A program made the position numbers and the translations under genes. A stretch of 63,527 bases of DNA, counting the filler, from Octopus bimaculoides (lineage: Eukaryota), in assembly GCF_001194135.2 (NCBI RefSeq). It is 4 parts of 4 records of this genome, joined end to end, with 100 filler letters (N's around TTAATTAATTAA, not from the genome) between each part and the next. Parts side by side here need not be neighbours in the genome. Positions count along the whole stretch, not along the records: positions 1 to 17,390 come from NC_068998.1; positions 17,491 to 36,401 come from NC_068996.1; 2 more parts are not named here. The stretch is one strand, 5' to 3'. Below, in pieces: positions 12,301-28,007 of this stretch; the stretch's first letter is position 1, and each line of letters begins with the position of its first letter. The notes beneath the pieces were generated by a model. The model made no database searches. It saw nothing but the letters and a program-made list of their open reading frames with translations, and had not been told where the DNA came from.

Positions 12301-13067
12301 TATATTTATATTTAATTCAACTGGTCATCTTCTTAAATTTTTTCTTCTTTTGATATTAAATATACTGAGGGGGTAATTTGTCTTCAGTATTTATGTGGTT
12401 AGTTACAGTTGATCGAATTTTTCCAAATCTCCGTTATATATGCGACTCTTTTGCATACTTGGTAAGAAAAAATGCTTTGTCAACAATAACAATAAAGGCA
12501 ACAGTAACAATTTTAAGAAGGCTAGGAAAATCAGCAGCAGCAGCCGTAGCAGCAGCAACAGCACTAGTACCGACAATAACAACACACTAACAGCAAAGGG
12601 AATAGAACTAAGAACAAAAACGAACAAAGCAGGAACACTAACATGAATAATAATAATAATAATAATAATGATGATGATGATAATGATGATGAATGACAAT
12701 GATGATGATGATGGTGATGAGAGCAAAAAAAAAAAAAAAAAAAGCTGGAAGAAACAAAAAAAAGAGAGGGAAAGAATATTTTGCCGTGGGATAAAAATTC
12801 AGAAATAAATGTCAAAAAGTATTTTTCGAGTAAAAACTACTGTGAGAAGTAACATAAGTTTTGAGATAAAAAAAAAAAAAGAAAATGCAAATATACATAT
12901 ATAAGAACAAACACAAATAGTCAGACGCATGCACACGCACGCAGAAGTAGATACCCCCACCCCAACTCAAGTAGACATCCCTCAAGCGCACATATATAAA
13001 TACGCATCAAGCACACACATATGGATACAGGCATACATACACACAGAAACATGCATATGCACGTGTA

Positions 13068-13125
<58 letters not shown>

Positions 13126-13497
13126 NNNNNNNNNNATATCTATATATATGTGTATATATATGTATATATGTATATATATATATATCTATCTATATATATA
13201 TATACATACGTACATATATACATACATACATGCATGCACACACATTAAGTGTACAACTGTCTGAAGAGAGAAGTTAGTGTAACATTATTATCTATGTAAA
13301 TGGATAGATAGAATCTAAGAGCACAGATATGAACGCAAATCAAGTTAACCGTGGCAGTTTCGGCATAAAAGTGCATATCATGTGCTTATGTATGTGTACA
13401 AATATAACTGTCTGCATTGGTTGTCAGTAAACATTTATTTTGCTAACATCGAGTTTATATATATATCTTATATAAATCTTCATCTGTCTGTCTGTCA

Positions 13498-13543
<46 letters not shown>

Positions 13544-14406
13544 TTATCTGCTGTCTGTTTGTCTACACATACATTTGTGGCTCTGTGATAAGAAGCTTGC
13601 TTCCCAATCACATGGTTCNNNNNNNNNNNNNNNNNNNNNNNNNNNNNNNNNNNNNNNNNNNNNNNNNNNNNNNNNNNNNNNNNNNNNNNNNNNNNNNNNN
13701 NNNNNNNNNNNNNNNNNNNNNNNNNNNNNNNNNNNNNNNNNNNNNNNNNNNNNNNNNNNNNNNNNNNNNNNNNNNNNNNNNNNNNNNNNNNNNNNNNNNN
13801 NNNNNNNNNNNNNNNNNNNNNNNNNNNNNNNNNNNNNNNNNNNNNNNNNNNNNNNNNNNNNNNNNNNNNNNNNNNNNNNNNNNNNNNNNNNNNNNNNNNN
13901 NNNNNNNNNNNNNNNNNNNNNNNNNNNNNNNNNNNNNNNNNNNNNNNNNNNNNNNNNNNNNNNNNNNNNNNNNNNNNNNNNNNNNNNNNNNNNNNNNNNN
14001 NNNNNNNNNNNNNNNNNNNNNNNNNNNNNNNNNNNNNNNNNNNNNNNNNNNNNNNNNNNNNNNNNNNNNNNNNNNNNNNNNNNNNNNNNNNNNNNNNNNN
14101 NNNNNNNNNNNNNNNNNNNNNNNNNNNNNNNNNNNNNNNNNNNNNNNNNNNNNNNNNNNNNNNNNNNNNNNNNNNNNNNNNNNNNNNNNNNNNNNNNNNN
14201 NNNNNNNNNNNNNNNNNNNNNNNNNNNNNNNNNNNNNNNNNNNNNNNNNNNNNNNNNNNNNNNNNNNNNNNNNNNNNNNNNNNNNNNNNNNNNNNNNNNN
14301 NNNNNNNNNGTACTGACTACTTGGTAAAATTATTATTATTAATAATCTTACCCTATATTATTATACATATATTCAGGTATACATATATATTTTTATATGT
14401 ATATAT

Positions 14407-14479
<73 letters not shown>

Positions 14480-15261
14480 ATAAAACGGATAATGTGTGTG
14501 TGTGCGTGTGTACAGGTATTCTTTTTGTTCCCCACTTAAAATCTACATTTTTCATCCGATTTTATTCACGCTGGGAACACATATCACTTATATTCCAGAG
14601 ATGGTCATAGACTCTTCCAATTTGCCACATAAAGAGTAATTCCTCCTGTAAGGGACTAAAACACCTTCTCACAGGTAGATAGCACATACCAACGATCGTT
14701 GCTTCAAAGGTCATTACTCTTCATGATACAGTTATGCTACTTTCACTTCGTCTTCTACTACAGTTTTTACAATGCCCATTCACTGAAACCGCCGACAGTT
14801 GTACATTAGCACTTTCTTGAGGAAGCCATACAAGTTAAAGCAACTTTAAATTATATTCTAAATGTTTTCAGAAATTAATGCATATTATATATATTCTCTG
14901 CTTTTACTCACACCAACTTGTGACAATTAAACGGTTTTTACAATGCCCATTCACTGCAAACTGCTGATATTTGCTCGTTAGCATTTCTTTGAATGCTCGT
15001 TGTTTCAAGGGACATTACTCCTTGCACGTTAGCACTTCCTTGAGGTAGCCATGCAATTTAAATCAACTTTTAAATATTTTTTAAATGCCTTAAGACAATG
15101 TTTAGTCAGAACGCCCTGAGGCTCAAACGTCTCAACTCTTCTTAATACCATTGTGACAATTTTCTGAACCTGCTTAGCAAACAATAGTGCAAGAAACATC
15201 ATTCAGGCATTCGACTTAACACTCTTCTACTTTCACTTTCGAGATAAACCTGCAATGCCAC

Positions 15262-15900
15262 CTAGGAAAAAGAGAGCTTGCATTGGTACTGTCCTACGCT
15301 GCCGTCAAATCCTGAAGATACCGAGATAATAAAAGTCAAGACTAGAGATCCCATAGACTGTCCCAACAGGCTGTCTACGATGCCGCTGCTCGCGCAGTAC
15401 ACGCACCTGCAACTTCTACAACCATTAAAGCTTGCAGAAGAGGTCATGGCTTACCAAGCCTGTCATGCTGCAACTGTTACTGCCGCTAGGGCTACCGAGT
15501 CACCTCAACAACGGAATATCCCGTGGGTGCGTCTGGCCAAACATGCTTCAGTTTCAAGTGCTACGGAGTCACCTCAACAAAGGGAAATCTGGTTGGCGTA
15601 TTTTGTCAAAAATGCTTCACCTGCAACGGTTGCAGACTCTCAACAACAGCGCACAGCCAGAAGGAAGCGTAATGCTGACACTACTGCTGCAGCAAGTGCT
15701 GCAGAGTCACTAGCAGAGCGCACAAATCATCAAGCTTTGATTGCTGATTTAATGTCCACTGCAAGGGATTCAGAAACGGGTGAACAAAGGACAATGCGAC
15801 TTCAGACGAATGCAAGCTTGAAGGTTCTGCATAAGAGTACATCAAAGTCATCAGTCAGTCGGTGGGCTTTTTATCATGCATGACTTTCATTGCAAAAAGA
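15262..15900 (+). mobile_element. Probable Helitron Rep/helicase N-terminal leader (5' fragment)
   Basis: ATG at 15256 reads MPPRKKRA; repeated ATESPQQR / AAESLAER / SETGEQR units ending in WAFYH. This resembles the E(S/T)xEQR-repeat leader that precedes AF(N/H)YD in animal Helitrons. No Rep or helicase motifs are visible. Confidence 0.5.
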
Positions 15901-17320
15901 TTCAATGTGGTTGTGTGAGGCATTACCAGTAAAATGACTACATGCTACAAAATGCTTCAGGTAAGAATCCCTAATGTCTACTGCAATCGCGATCGCATTT
16001 CATAGACTTTCACTTATTAATAACTGCTAAATTTGTGTTCAGAAAACTTTATTCTTTACTTAGGTTACTTAATACCATATACTAAACTGCTAACGAAACT
16101 AGTAATTATACATTGTACGTTTATCAACTTGAAACAGCTTCTAACTGCGGGTTAATTCAACATAAACCGCCCAAAGGAGTGCGCCATTATAATAAATTAC
16201 ACCGTCCAAAGTATAGGTGCACGTTTGCTAGTATACACATATGTATATATATATATATATATATATNNNNNNNNNNNNNNNNNNNNNNNNNNNNNNNNNN
16301 NNNNNNNNNNNNNNNNNNNNNNNNNNNNNNNNNNNNNNNNNNNNNNNNNNNNNNNNNNNNNNNNNNNNNNNNNNNNNNNNNNNNNNNNNNNNNNNNNNNN
16401 NNNNNNNNNNNNNNNNNNNNNNNNNNNNNNNNNNNNNNNNNNNNNNNNNNNNNNNNNNNNNNNNNNNNNNNNNNNNNNNNNNNNNNNNNNNNNNNNNNNN
16501 NNNNNNNNNNNNNNNNNNNNNNNNNNNNNNNNNNNNNNNNNNNNNNNNNNNNNNNNNNNNNNNNNNNNNNNNNNNNNNNNNNNNNNNNNNNNNNNNNNNN
16601 NNNNNNNNNNNNNNNNNNNNNNNNNNNNNNNNNNNNNNNNNNNNNNNNNNNNNNNNNNNNNNNNNNNNNNNNNNNNNNNNNNNNNNNNNNNNNNNNNNNN
16701 NNNNNNNNNNNTATATGTATAAGAATTTTATTAACTCCGGAGTTTAAACTTTTAAGCTCGTCAACGTGAACAACTTATACGATATAAGTTTTAATCGGAG
16801 GTCGATATCTTGTGGATCATATTTCCCCAAACCCATATATATGCGAAGAATTTATATCATTATTAATAAGAAGGGTGGAAAGATCAAGTCTTTTTATTAC
16901 GCAAATTTACAATTGTTTCATCGGCATTCGAACCCAAGATTATTGCTATATTATTTTCTAATATATGAAACTATAGACTCTAGCTCTATCATTATATCGA
17001 TATAGTCGAAAGTCTTCTTATGAGAATCATGTATTAAATTCTTTGCTATAGAGAACGTGTATTTTCACGATGTTATATCCACAGCAAGTATGTGTGTTTC
17101 TATGAATACGTTGACATATCACAAAAACAAAAAAAAAGGAAAAAATATACACGATTCTGATGAGTCGACATTCAAGCGTATGAATATAATGATAGAGTTT
17201 AAGACTATACTTGCATATATTATATTAAAATATAGCAATATTCTTGAGTTGGAATACCAGTGAACCAATTATAGACTTATGCAATAAGACAACTTGTTCA
17301 CTCCGTTCTCCTTGTTAATA

Positions 17321-17390
<70 letters not shown>

Positions 17391-17645
17391 NNNNNNNNNN
17401 NNNNNNNNNNNNNNNNNNNNNNNNNNNNNNNNNNTTAATTAATTAANNNNNNNNNNNNNNNNNNNNNNNNNNNNNNNNNNNNNNNNNNNNACAGAAAATT
17501 GCACTACTGGGTACTGCACACATTCTACGCAAAACACTTTCAATACAGTAAGCATAAGAGCACCACAGCAAACCACAGCACATACCCAAGGCGCACAGAG
17601 CTGCGCTCGGTAGTGAAATGAAAGCACGTTATAAAAATAAAACTA

Positions 17646-19945
<2,300 letters not shown>

Positions 19946-20451
19946 TTTATTGGCCACCAGGGCCGGCATTTAGTGGACAATACAGTAGACATGGACAGTG
20001 GGGATTTATAAACAGAAACAACGAGTACACAATAAAAACAATAACAATGATATCCAACAAAAGGATATTACAATGAAAGTTCCCCCAATAGGGAGGGAGG
20101 TAACTACCTGGAGCTGGTTCAGGTACCCTACTAACCCTGAACCATTCAACCCTTCGAGGGCATCTGGGAAGAGCACCCTCCTCCCTCTCAAATTCACTAG
20201 CCTATTGGCACATTATTATAATAGGTCCACTCACACGAACCATTTTCGCCACATTCACTCCACTTTCAGCAAATGTACTGGGGAGCAGCACTTCTCTCTC
20301 TCCATCCCCATCTTCCTTTCCAAATGAAATTTGAAAAAAGTTGATGAGGGATTGGCCGAAGAGAAAAGTGTCTGTCTTCAGTCCTTTCAACCTAGTCCAT
20401 TATACAACCTCTTTCGCTACTGCTATCAGGTAGGAAAATTACCTGCCCTTC
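19946..20451 (-). mobile_element. 3' end of a Tx1/L1-clade LINE (ORF2 C-terminus and 3' UTR), running into a gap
   Basis: Minus-strand LIAVAKEVV.WTRLKGLKTDTFLFGQSLINFF...EREVL...VNVAKMVRV, then a UTR ending aataaa(t)gaaataataat. Confidence 0.6.
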
Positions 20452-21121
20452 NNNNNNNNNNNNNNNNNNNNNNNNNNNNNNNNNNNNNNNNNNNNNNNNN
20501 NNNNNNNNNNNNNNNNNNNNNNNNNNNNNNNNNNNNNNNNNNNNNNNNNNNNNNNNNNNNNNNNNNNNNNNNNNNNNNNNNNNNNNNNNNNNNNNNNNNN
20601 NNNNNNNNNNNNNNNNNNNNNNNNNNNNNNNNNNNNNNNNNNNNNNNNNNNNNNNNNNNNNNNNNNNNNNNNNNNNNNNNNNNNNNNNNNNNNNNNNNNN
20701 NNNNNNNNNNNNNNNNNNNNNNNNNNNNNNNNNNNNNNNNNNNNNNNNNNNNNNNNNNNNNNNNNNNNNNNNNNNNNNNNNNNNNNNNNNNNNNNNNNNN
20801 NNNNNNNNNNNNNNNNNNNNNNNNNNNNNNNNNNNNNNNNNNNNNNNNNNNNNNNNNNNNNNNNNNNNNNNNNNNNNNNNNNNNNNNNNNNNNNNNNNNN
20901 NNNNNNNNNNNNNNNNNNNNNNNNNNNNNNNNNNNNNNNNNNNNNNNNNNNNNNNNNNNNNNNNNNNNNNNNNNNNNNNNNNNNNNNNNNNNNNNNNNNN
21001 NNNNNNNNNNNNNNNNNNNNNNNNNNNNNNNNNNNNNNNNNNNNNNNNNNNNNNNNNNNNNNNNNNNNNNNNNNNNNNNNNNNNNNNNNNNNNNNNNNNN
21101 NNNNNNNNNNNNNNNNNNNNN

Positions 21122-21122
21122 N

Positions 21123-21184
<62 letters not shown>

Positions 21185-21207
21185 TGATGATGATGATGAT
21201 GATGATG

Positions 21208-21280
<73 letters not shown>

Positions 21281-21330
21281 TGATGATGATGATGATGATG
21301 ATGATGGTGGTGATGATGATGATGATAATG
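21122..21330. repeat. (AAT)n/(GAT)n compound microsatellite
   Basis: Direct read. Confidence 0.95.
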
Positions 21331-21480
21331 ATTTCTTCTATTGGCTACAACAGCCTAAGACATTGAGGAGTACATCAGAGGAGCAATGAACTTAAGGAAG
21401 TCAAAACCAAATGGTCCGAATTTAGTGAAGGTTGTAAATACTTAGAAAGAAGGTGATGATGTTTCAGTTTTCTCAAAGAT

Positions 21481-21695
21481 AATGGTTTCAAATTTTGGCA
21501 CGAGGCCAGCAATTTCGTGTGAGAGGGCAAGTCGATCACATCGACCCCAGTGCTCAGCTGGTAAATTTTTATCGACCCCAAAGGGATTAAAGGCACAGTG
21601 GACCTCGGTGAAATTTGGAATCAGAAGGTAAAGACGGACGAAACGCCGCTAAGCATTTTAGCCGGCGTGTTAACGATTCTGCCAGCTCGCCGCCT
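21481..21695 (-). mobile_element. tRNA-derived SINE, same family as 778-986
   Basis: Reverse complement begins aggcggcgagctggcagaatcgttaacacgccggctaaaatgcttagcggcgtttcgtcc. Confidence 0.88.
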
Positions 21696-22963
21696 TTTTC
21701 TCAGATATATTGGTACTTAAATATCCAACTTGATAAACTAAGTCGAATACATTTTAAATACTTTGTTCATAACGAATGCCAGCAGCTGAATACGACCACA
21801 TGCACCAAGTATTCGTGACATGAGCTCGCTATCCAGCACTTAATCCCTTAGGCGATAGGGTCTCATATGACAAGATTAATCCAGATGACATGATATATAA
21901 AAAGAAAACAAAACAAAAACGAAACAAGAGTAATATATTCCGCATCGTTACGTTCAACCTCTGTCTACTATGATAGTTTTAATGATAATACATTGACTAT
22001 ATCTTATTAAGTGTCCGTTGAACTACCTACAAATTAAAACAAAAATTACAATACTCACACATGCAAGATCAGTCTCAGCATCTGCTATCGTTAACTAGAA
22101 GGCCCACATGATCAAATCAGATAAAACTTTATCAAAGACATTTGGCTCCCTTTTCAACGCCAGAATTTCTTTAGCTATGAATAATTGGTGACTCTTAAAG
22201 TAACCCAATATTGCCAACATTAAAAAATCCTTGCAGAGATAAAAACATTCGTCTTTAGTTAGTGAAATCTACAGTTTCAGATGTCGGTTTATACATATTA
22301 AGTTCACTTATATTCTAGAAAATATATTAGAAAAAGATATGGATATCACATCTTATTTCTGTAGTTCATAAAAGGGAACATTTCAATGTTGTAAATAACA
22401 ATACTCTATGTTTGCGTGTCTGTGTGTGTAGTTAAGGAGGTGGTCACCTTGGGAAGGTGTCTTTTACTATATCACTGAGCCAGCCAGTTCCTTGAGAGTG
22501 AATATGGTAGAATGAAACTGTTAAAGCCCATCACATATATGTGTGTGTATTTGTATGTATGTGTGTGTGCGTACGTGTGGTTGTACACATACATATATGT
22601 AAGTGCAGAATTAAACAGGGTTGCTGATTTGAGTATTTTTATTGAATCATGAAGTTAATCATGTTACGTGTGCTTCACTAGTGAACACTGGTGCCTTATG
22701 CAACACCTGTTTCAACACGGTTGAAACGCTAGATTTTCAGAGCAATATTCAGAATAGCTGCGTATATTCTTTCAATACATTGAATTTTTATTATCATAAC
22801 TTCAGTAAATAACATAAAGTAGTGACTCTTCAAACAACTTCTGAATAATTAAGTTGTCCTTACTACGTAGAATAAAATTATACATATGCTCAGTAATTAT
22901 CATTATTATCATCATCATCATCATCATCATCAGGTAATATTATTATTAATATTATTTTCTACT

Positions 22964-23133
22964 CCAGGCACAAGGCTCGAAATCTTTGGGATGGGGCTAG
23001 TCGATTAGATCGACCCCAGTACGCAACTGGTACTTAATTTGTCGACCCCAAAAGGATGAAAAGCAAAGTCGGCATCGGCGGAATTTGAACTCAGAACGTG
23101 AAAGACAGACGAAATACCGCTAAGCATTTCGCC
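22964..23133 (-). mobile_element. SINE copy, head-truncated
   Basis: gcacaaggc...gtcgattagatcgaccccagtacgcaactggtacttaattt...gaaataccgctaagcatttcgcc. Confidence 0.85.
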
Positions 23134-23189
23134 AGTATCATTATGTTTTTGCCAGTATCATTATTATTATTATTACTGTTATATATATA

Positions 23190-23302
23190 AGGCGGTGAGC
23201 TGGCGGAGTCGTTAGCGCGCTGAGCGTAATGCTTAGCGGTATTTCGCCTGAGCTACGTTTTGAGTCTCAAATTACACCGAGGTCAACTTTACCTTTCATC
23301 CT
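23190..23302 (+). mobile_element. SINE copy, 5' half
   Basis: aggcggtgagctggcggagtcgttagcgcg...aatgcttagcggtatttcg...ccgaggtcaactttacctttcatcc. Confidence 0.85.
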
Positions 23303-23451
23303 TACAACAAAAATCAACGTACCAGACGAACACCAAATGTATCCAGCATAGTACATAGAATTGTACACACTTATATATCTATGAAAGAGGCAGGACCTTC
23401 GAATTACATCTCTGCACACGTGCATATTCAGCACTGCATATACTCCGGTTA

Positions 23452-23900
23452 TATTTTAAAATAGGATAAAATCTTTATAAGAATTTATCAACTAGACAGC
23501 GTGAAAAACCTCATAAGGGAAAATTTTTTAATTATTCCCTGGATATATTTGGTGTCTGTCTGGTATGTTGATTTTTTTGTTCATTTTTATGTCTTGATTA
23601 TGCCTGCACTGACGATTAAAAAGTGCATTTTGTGCACTAATTATGAAATCTTATGATCAGCGGCTGAATCTGTTTTGAAGGAACTCGCTTCGAGAAATGC
23701 ACTCCCTCGCGTTCAGTACACTGTATTTATTATGGTAGTTTTAACTTTAAGAGTCCCTCATAGCATGAGGCATTTATGTGTAATAATGCCCTCAATATAA
23801 ATATATTTAAAGGGAATAATTAAAAAAGTTTTCCCTTATGAGGTTTTTCACGCTAACTACTTGATAAATTCTTATAAAGACTTTATCCTATTTTTAAATA
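23452..23900. mobile_element. MITE with ~90-bp terminal inverted repeats
   Basis: taggataaaatctttataagaatttatcaactagacagcgtgaaaaacctcataagggaaaa...attattccct is mirrored at 23811-23900; TA context at both ends. Confidence 0.85.
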
Positions 23901-24559
23901 TATATGTGTGTGTGTGTGTGCACATGCAATCGTATGTATATATATGTATATATATATAGATGTATATGTATAGGTGTATATGTACAGATATATATATAGA
24001 TAGATTTATATGTCTATACATGTATATATGTATGTATGTATATATGTATATATATATATATATATATATNNNNNNNNNNNNNNNNNNNNNNNNNNNNNNN
24101 NNNNNNNNNNNNNNNNNNNNNNNNNNNNNNNNNNNNNNNNNNNNNNNNNNNNNNNNNNNNNNNNNNNNNNNNNNNNNNNNNNNNNNNNNNNNNNNNNNNN
24201 NNNNNNNNNNNNNNNNNNNNNNNNNNNNNNNNNNNNNNNNNNNNNNNNNNNNNNNNNNNNNNNNNNNNNNNNNNNNNNNNNNNNNNNNNNNNNNNNNNNN
24301 NNNNNNNNNNNNNNNNNNNNNNNNNNNNNNNNNNNNNNNNNNNNNNNNNNNNNNNNNNNNNNNNNNNNNNNNNNNNNNNNATATATATATATATATATAT
24401 ATAATGATTAAGGTAGCTACACGCAATTTAAAATCAAAAAGGAACAGTTCAACAGTCACTAAGGGTGAGGGCAGCACCAACATTGCTACATACATACATT
24501 AAATACATACATAGGTTCGTGCGTATATGATGGCTGTCTGTTCCTTGCAGAGCTTGTCC

Positions 24560-25560
24560 TTTTCATGTACCAATAACTACTTAAATTACTCTTGAAGCCT
24601 AAAAGTCATTTGAAGAGCTGATCCCATATAATGCTGCAGTGTTTCATTTCATCATTTGCTCCATTTTCTGCTTTTTTCATTATACGTCTCTTCAAGTGCC
24701 ACTTCAATCCTCCACGTGACTTGCAGGTTTTTCGACTGATATTCCATCGAAACTGGTCTTCCGGAATTAAATTCCAATAGTCCCTGTATGCCTTAATCAT
24801 ATGGCTATGCTGTCGCTATCTCATACTTACGTGAGGTATGTATACTTTTGTGTATAAAGAATATTTAAGGAAGGAGAGCTGTTCATATTAATATCATTTT
24901 TACGAAACTTTCTCCTTATTCCAGCATCCTTAACAATTGTCAAGTACGAAATCTGTAACACTACTCCATGCTTCCCTATCCACTGCAAGTGATTCAAATC
25001 TTTTGTAATATAATTTAAGGCATTTCAAATTTGATTTTAAAGAGTCTTTGTACCTTTTCTTCGCTTTACGTATTTTTCTCTTTCCCAAAATCAGTTCACC
25101 ATAAAGCATTTGTATGAGAATGCGCTCATCACTCATACAGATGAGATGGACTGTCCATCGTAGTTGATTCCTAATAAACATGGTTTGCATTGATATGATC
25201 CTAGCTTCAGCAAGAACCTCAGTGTCAGGAAGAACTTCAGTGTCAGGAACAAGTGAGGATCGGTTTATTCCGCGAAAGTGACAGAGATGTTTCCAGTGAA
25301 ATGTTTCCAATATTTACAGAACACTTGTCTACAGTCCAAGTTTCAGAATACTTCAGGGCAGAATGAAGAACAAAAGAAAGATATACCATGGTCATAGGGT
25401 CAGTTTTGGTTTGGTGCCGTGACTAGATTATAGATTCTAGGCTGCCAAAGCCGTTTGAATACGAGAAGTGATTTCTGTGTCTAGGTTTCCATCAACATGT
25501 ACCATATTATCCAGGGATTTAAAGGAAGTCACCAGCTTAAACACTGTACCCTTAACCTAG
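24560..25560 (-). mobile_element. 3' part of an RTE (BovB-like) LINE
   Basis: ORF 24930-25310: FHWKHL..RGI....VPDTEVL...QLRWTVHLICMSDERIL..MLYGEL..GKR....KKRYKDSLK..LK...AVDREAW; downstream CKSRGGLKWH zinc-finger-like remnant. Confidence 0.85.
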
Positions 25561-25992
25561 TATCTGAAGTAGGTCGAATTATTCTCCAAAAGCAGGTTGA
25601 TAATTTACAATAGTTTCGTTGTTTTGTTTTGTCTTTTATTAATGGTGGGACCACATATGTCACATGAAGAATCAAATGAACTAATTAGGTTCTGTAAGCC
25701 CTTGCTCAGTGTGACTTATGAGGTCACAGTTGTCTACGTATAAAACATCACTTACAAAAAAGGATAAAGAGCTTGAATTTAAAGTTCTTTTCAGGTTAAA
25801 AACATTACCCGAAAATCGTATCAGGTTGAGTAAAAAGTAAGCAACGTTTTGAACAATTCGGCCTGTATTTTTGCAGAGTTTTGAATTTTTTAAACTTTTT
25901 GTTTTTCGTAATTGTCTGATAGACAGCTATAGACTTGCCTAAATGCATCAATAAATTAACATTGATATTTTTTTCACCGTTGTTACAATCAT

Positions 25993-26869
25993 TTGACGGG
26001 TTAATGATCCCTGTTAGAGGTAAGTCACATCGTTATTAATTGTTGAAGGTTTCCCGCAAGGGTGAACCTTTTGTTTAACTTCACTGTTGAATTTTTGAAT
26101 TGTTAGTTGCTGCTTTTTTGCTGTATTTTCATAATTGTTTTCTTCCCCATTTATGGGCGAAGTAGTGAAAAAAGGAAGGATGGAAAGCGAACCACGATTG
26201 TGGATATATACAGACGGAGAAGCCAAGGGAAATGATTATCTCGGACAGTTCAGGCCTGGGAAATAAACAAGGAAATACCAATAAGAAAAGGTGGCATGTA
26301 GTAACATATGTGAAAAGTACCGCCATAGAGCCGAAAATAACGAAATTCAAAGGTGCCATAAGGATTAAAGTACCAGCTGAACGTTACCCGGAACACATAA
26401 AGGGAGTGGAGATTGACAAGGAAAGGTATAAAAAGTTGAAAGAACTATTTGTAGATGAAGTGAACCCTTTTGGGGGAAGAAATTGAATTTGAAGAACCAC
26501 CAAAAGTAGTTACATACGAGGAGTTAATACTTCTAATGAATGGTAATAGAGGAGTATTTTAAAAGAGGAAGGAAAAAAGAAATAGACTTATTAACAAAGG
26601 TCGAAAATAAAAAGGGGAAAATAAGAGGAAACAGACTTTAAAAAAAAAACGGAAAAAAGATGCAAAATTGAAAAAAAGAAAACTTTCATAATTAACAGTT
26701 AAATGGTACTGCTTGAGAATTGGGGCTCAATCCAGCCATTTCATTATCATCGATTTCATTATACACTTTTTTTTATTTTCATTCGTTTTATCTTTTTGTC
26801 CCCACCGTGGTTTCCTGTTTGTCCTTGTGCTGTCCCCTCTGTGTAAGAGCCGGAGTGCTTAAAGAAATA
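25993..26869 (+). mobile_element. Short non-autonomous non-LTR element (Z) related to the ORF1-only family
   Basis: Flanked by the 12-bp direct repeat tgttacaatcat (25981-25992, 26870-26881). Its 5' UTR (ttgttgaag...ttctt/ctccccattt) resembles that of 28008-29782. Confidence 0.65.
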
Positions 26870-26920
26870 TGTTACAATCATCTGAAATGAAACTGTCAAA
26901 GAGCGATATTCAAGCAATTT

Positions 26921-27996
26921 GGATAGACAGAAGGAGAAAGGGAGACGGAAGGAAGGATGGAGGCAGAAAGGGAAAAACGAAATAATAGTAGAGGGACGTA
27001 GATCCAATTGCTACATCTGCGGTGAAAAGGGGCGCATGAAACTGAAGTGGCCCCTATATAAAAATAAGCAGACTGAGCCGATGCAGAGTGAAAAGAAAGA
27101 GGAGATAGGAGAAAAGGGGACGCAAGGAAAGATGGAGCTAGAAACGGAAATCGAAAAAATACGAACCATGAGCAAGAGAAGGAAGAGAAAGAGGGAAAAA
27201 CAAAAGCGGCAAAAGAGGGTAGTGACGGGTTCATCATACCCAAGAGAAGAAAGAAGGCGAGGTCAATGGAAGTGTTACAGAGAGCGACAGCAGAAGCAGG
27301 GAAGGCGGACAAAAAAGATGAAGAGTCGCCTGAAATTGTACAGGAAGTGGAAAAGAATCTAGAGAGAAGACCAGAAGATAAGACGACAAGCGAGCATTAG
27401 GGAACTATGATGTTTTATAAGAAATGCATAGAGGTAGAAAAGAGAATATCAAAGTGGAAGAATATAATTAGAGTGTAGCTGCCTAGGGGGAGGTTCGGAG
27501 AAGAAGAAAGGTGTGTATTGCTGAACGAGGAAATGAGCGACCACTTATAGAAATATTGTAGGAAATTTATCACAGGAATAGACGGACCGGTGTACTTCAA
27601 CGGAAGGCCACCGGTTGTGGATTATACAAGGATTGAGCATTTCAGATATAAGGTAATTAATTTATTATGAACATATTTAGAAAAAATGGGAAAAAAAGTT
27701 GGGGGTGGTGTGGAAATTGTGAACTTTACTCGAGAAAAATATGTTCTTAATAAAGAATGGGGAAAAAAGAGAAAGACTAAGTGTAACCACTTAGGGGGTC
27801 GAGTGGGCATTCCGCCTCATTGTATCATCTCTTTCATAATTCATTCGTTTCTTTTATTTTCGATTCTTTTCTTAAATTTATACTTTATAATTTTAGTTCC
27901 CCGATTCTATGTTATACCCCGTTATGTATTGTCTATCTGTGTTGTATTTGCCATTCAGTTTCGATGTAGGCCTTCTAATAGGTAATAATAAAACAA
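26921..27996 (+). mobile_element. 5'-truncated ORF1-only retroelement, copy A (CCHC zinc knuckle)
   Basis: NCYICGEKGRMKLK; colinear with 28812-29782; A-rich tail at 27983-27996. Confidence 0.8.
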
Positions 27997-28007
27997 AACG
28001 AAACGTT

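Noticed and set aside
17435-17446. ttaattaattaa embedded in N runs (also 36446-36457 and 49911-49922)
   Set aside because: The identical 12-mer with stops in all frames, flanked by Ns three times, is a scaffolding spacer and not biological sequence.
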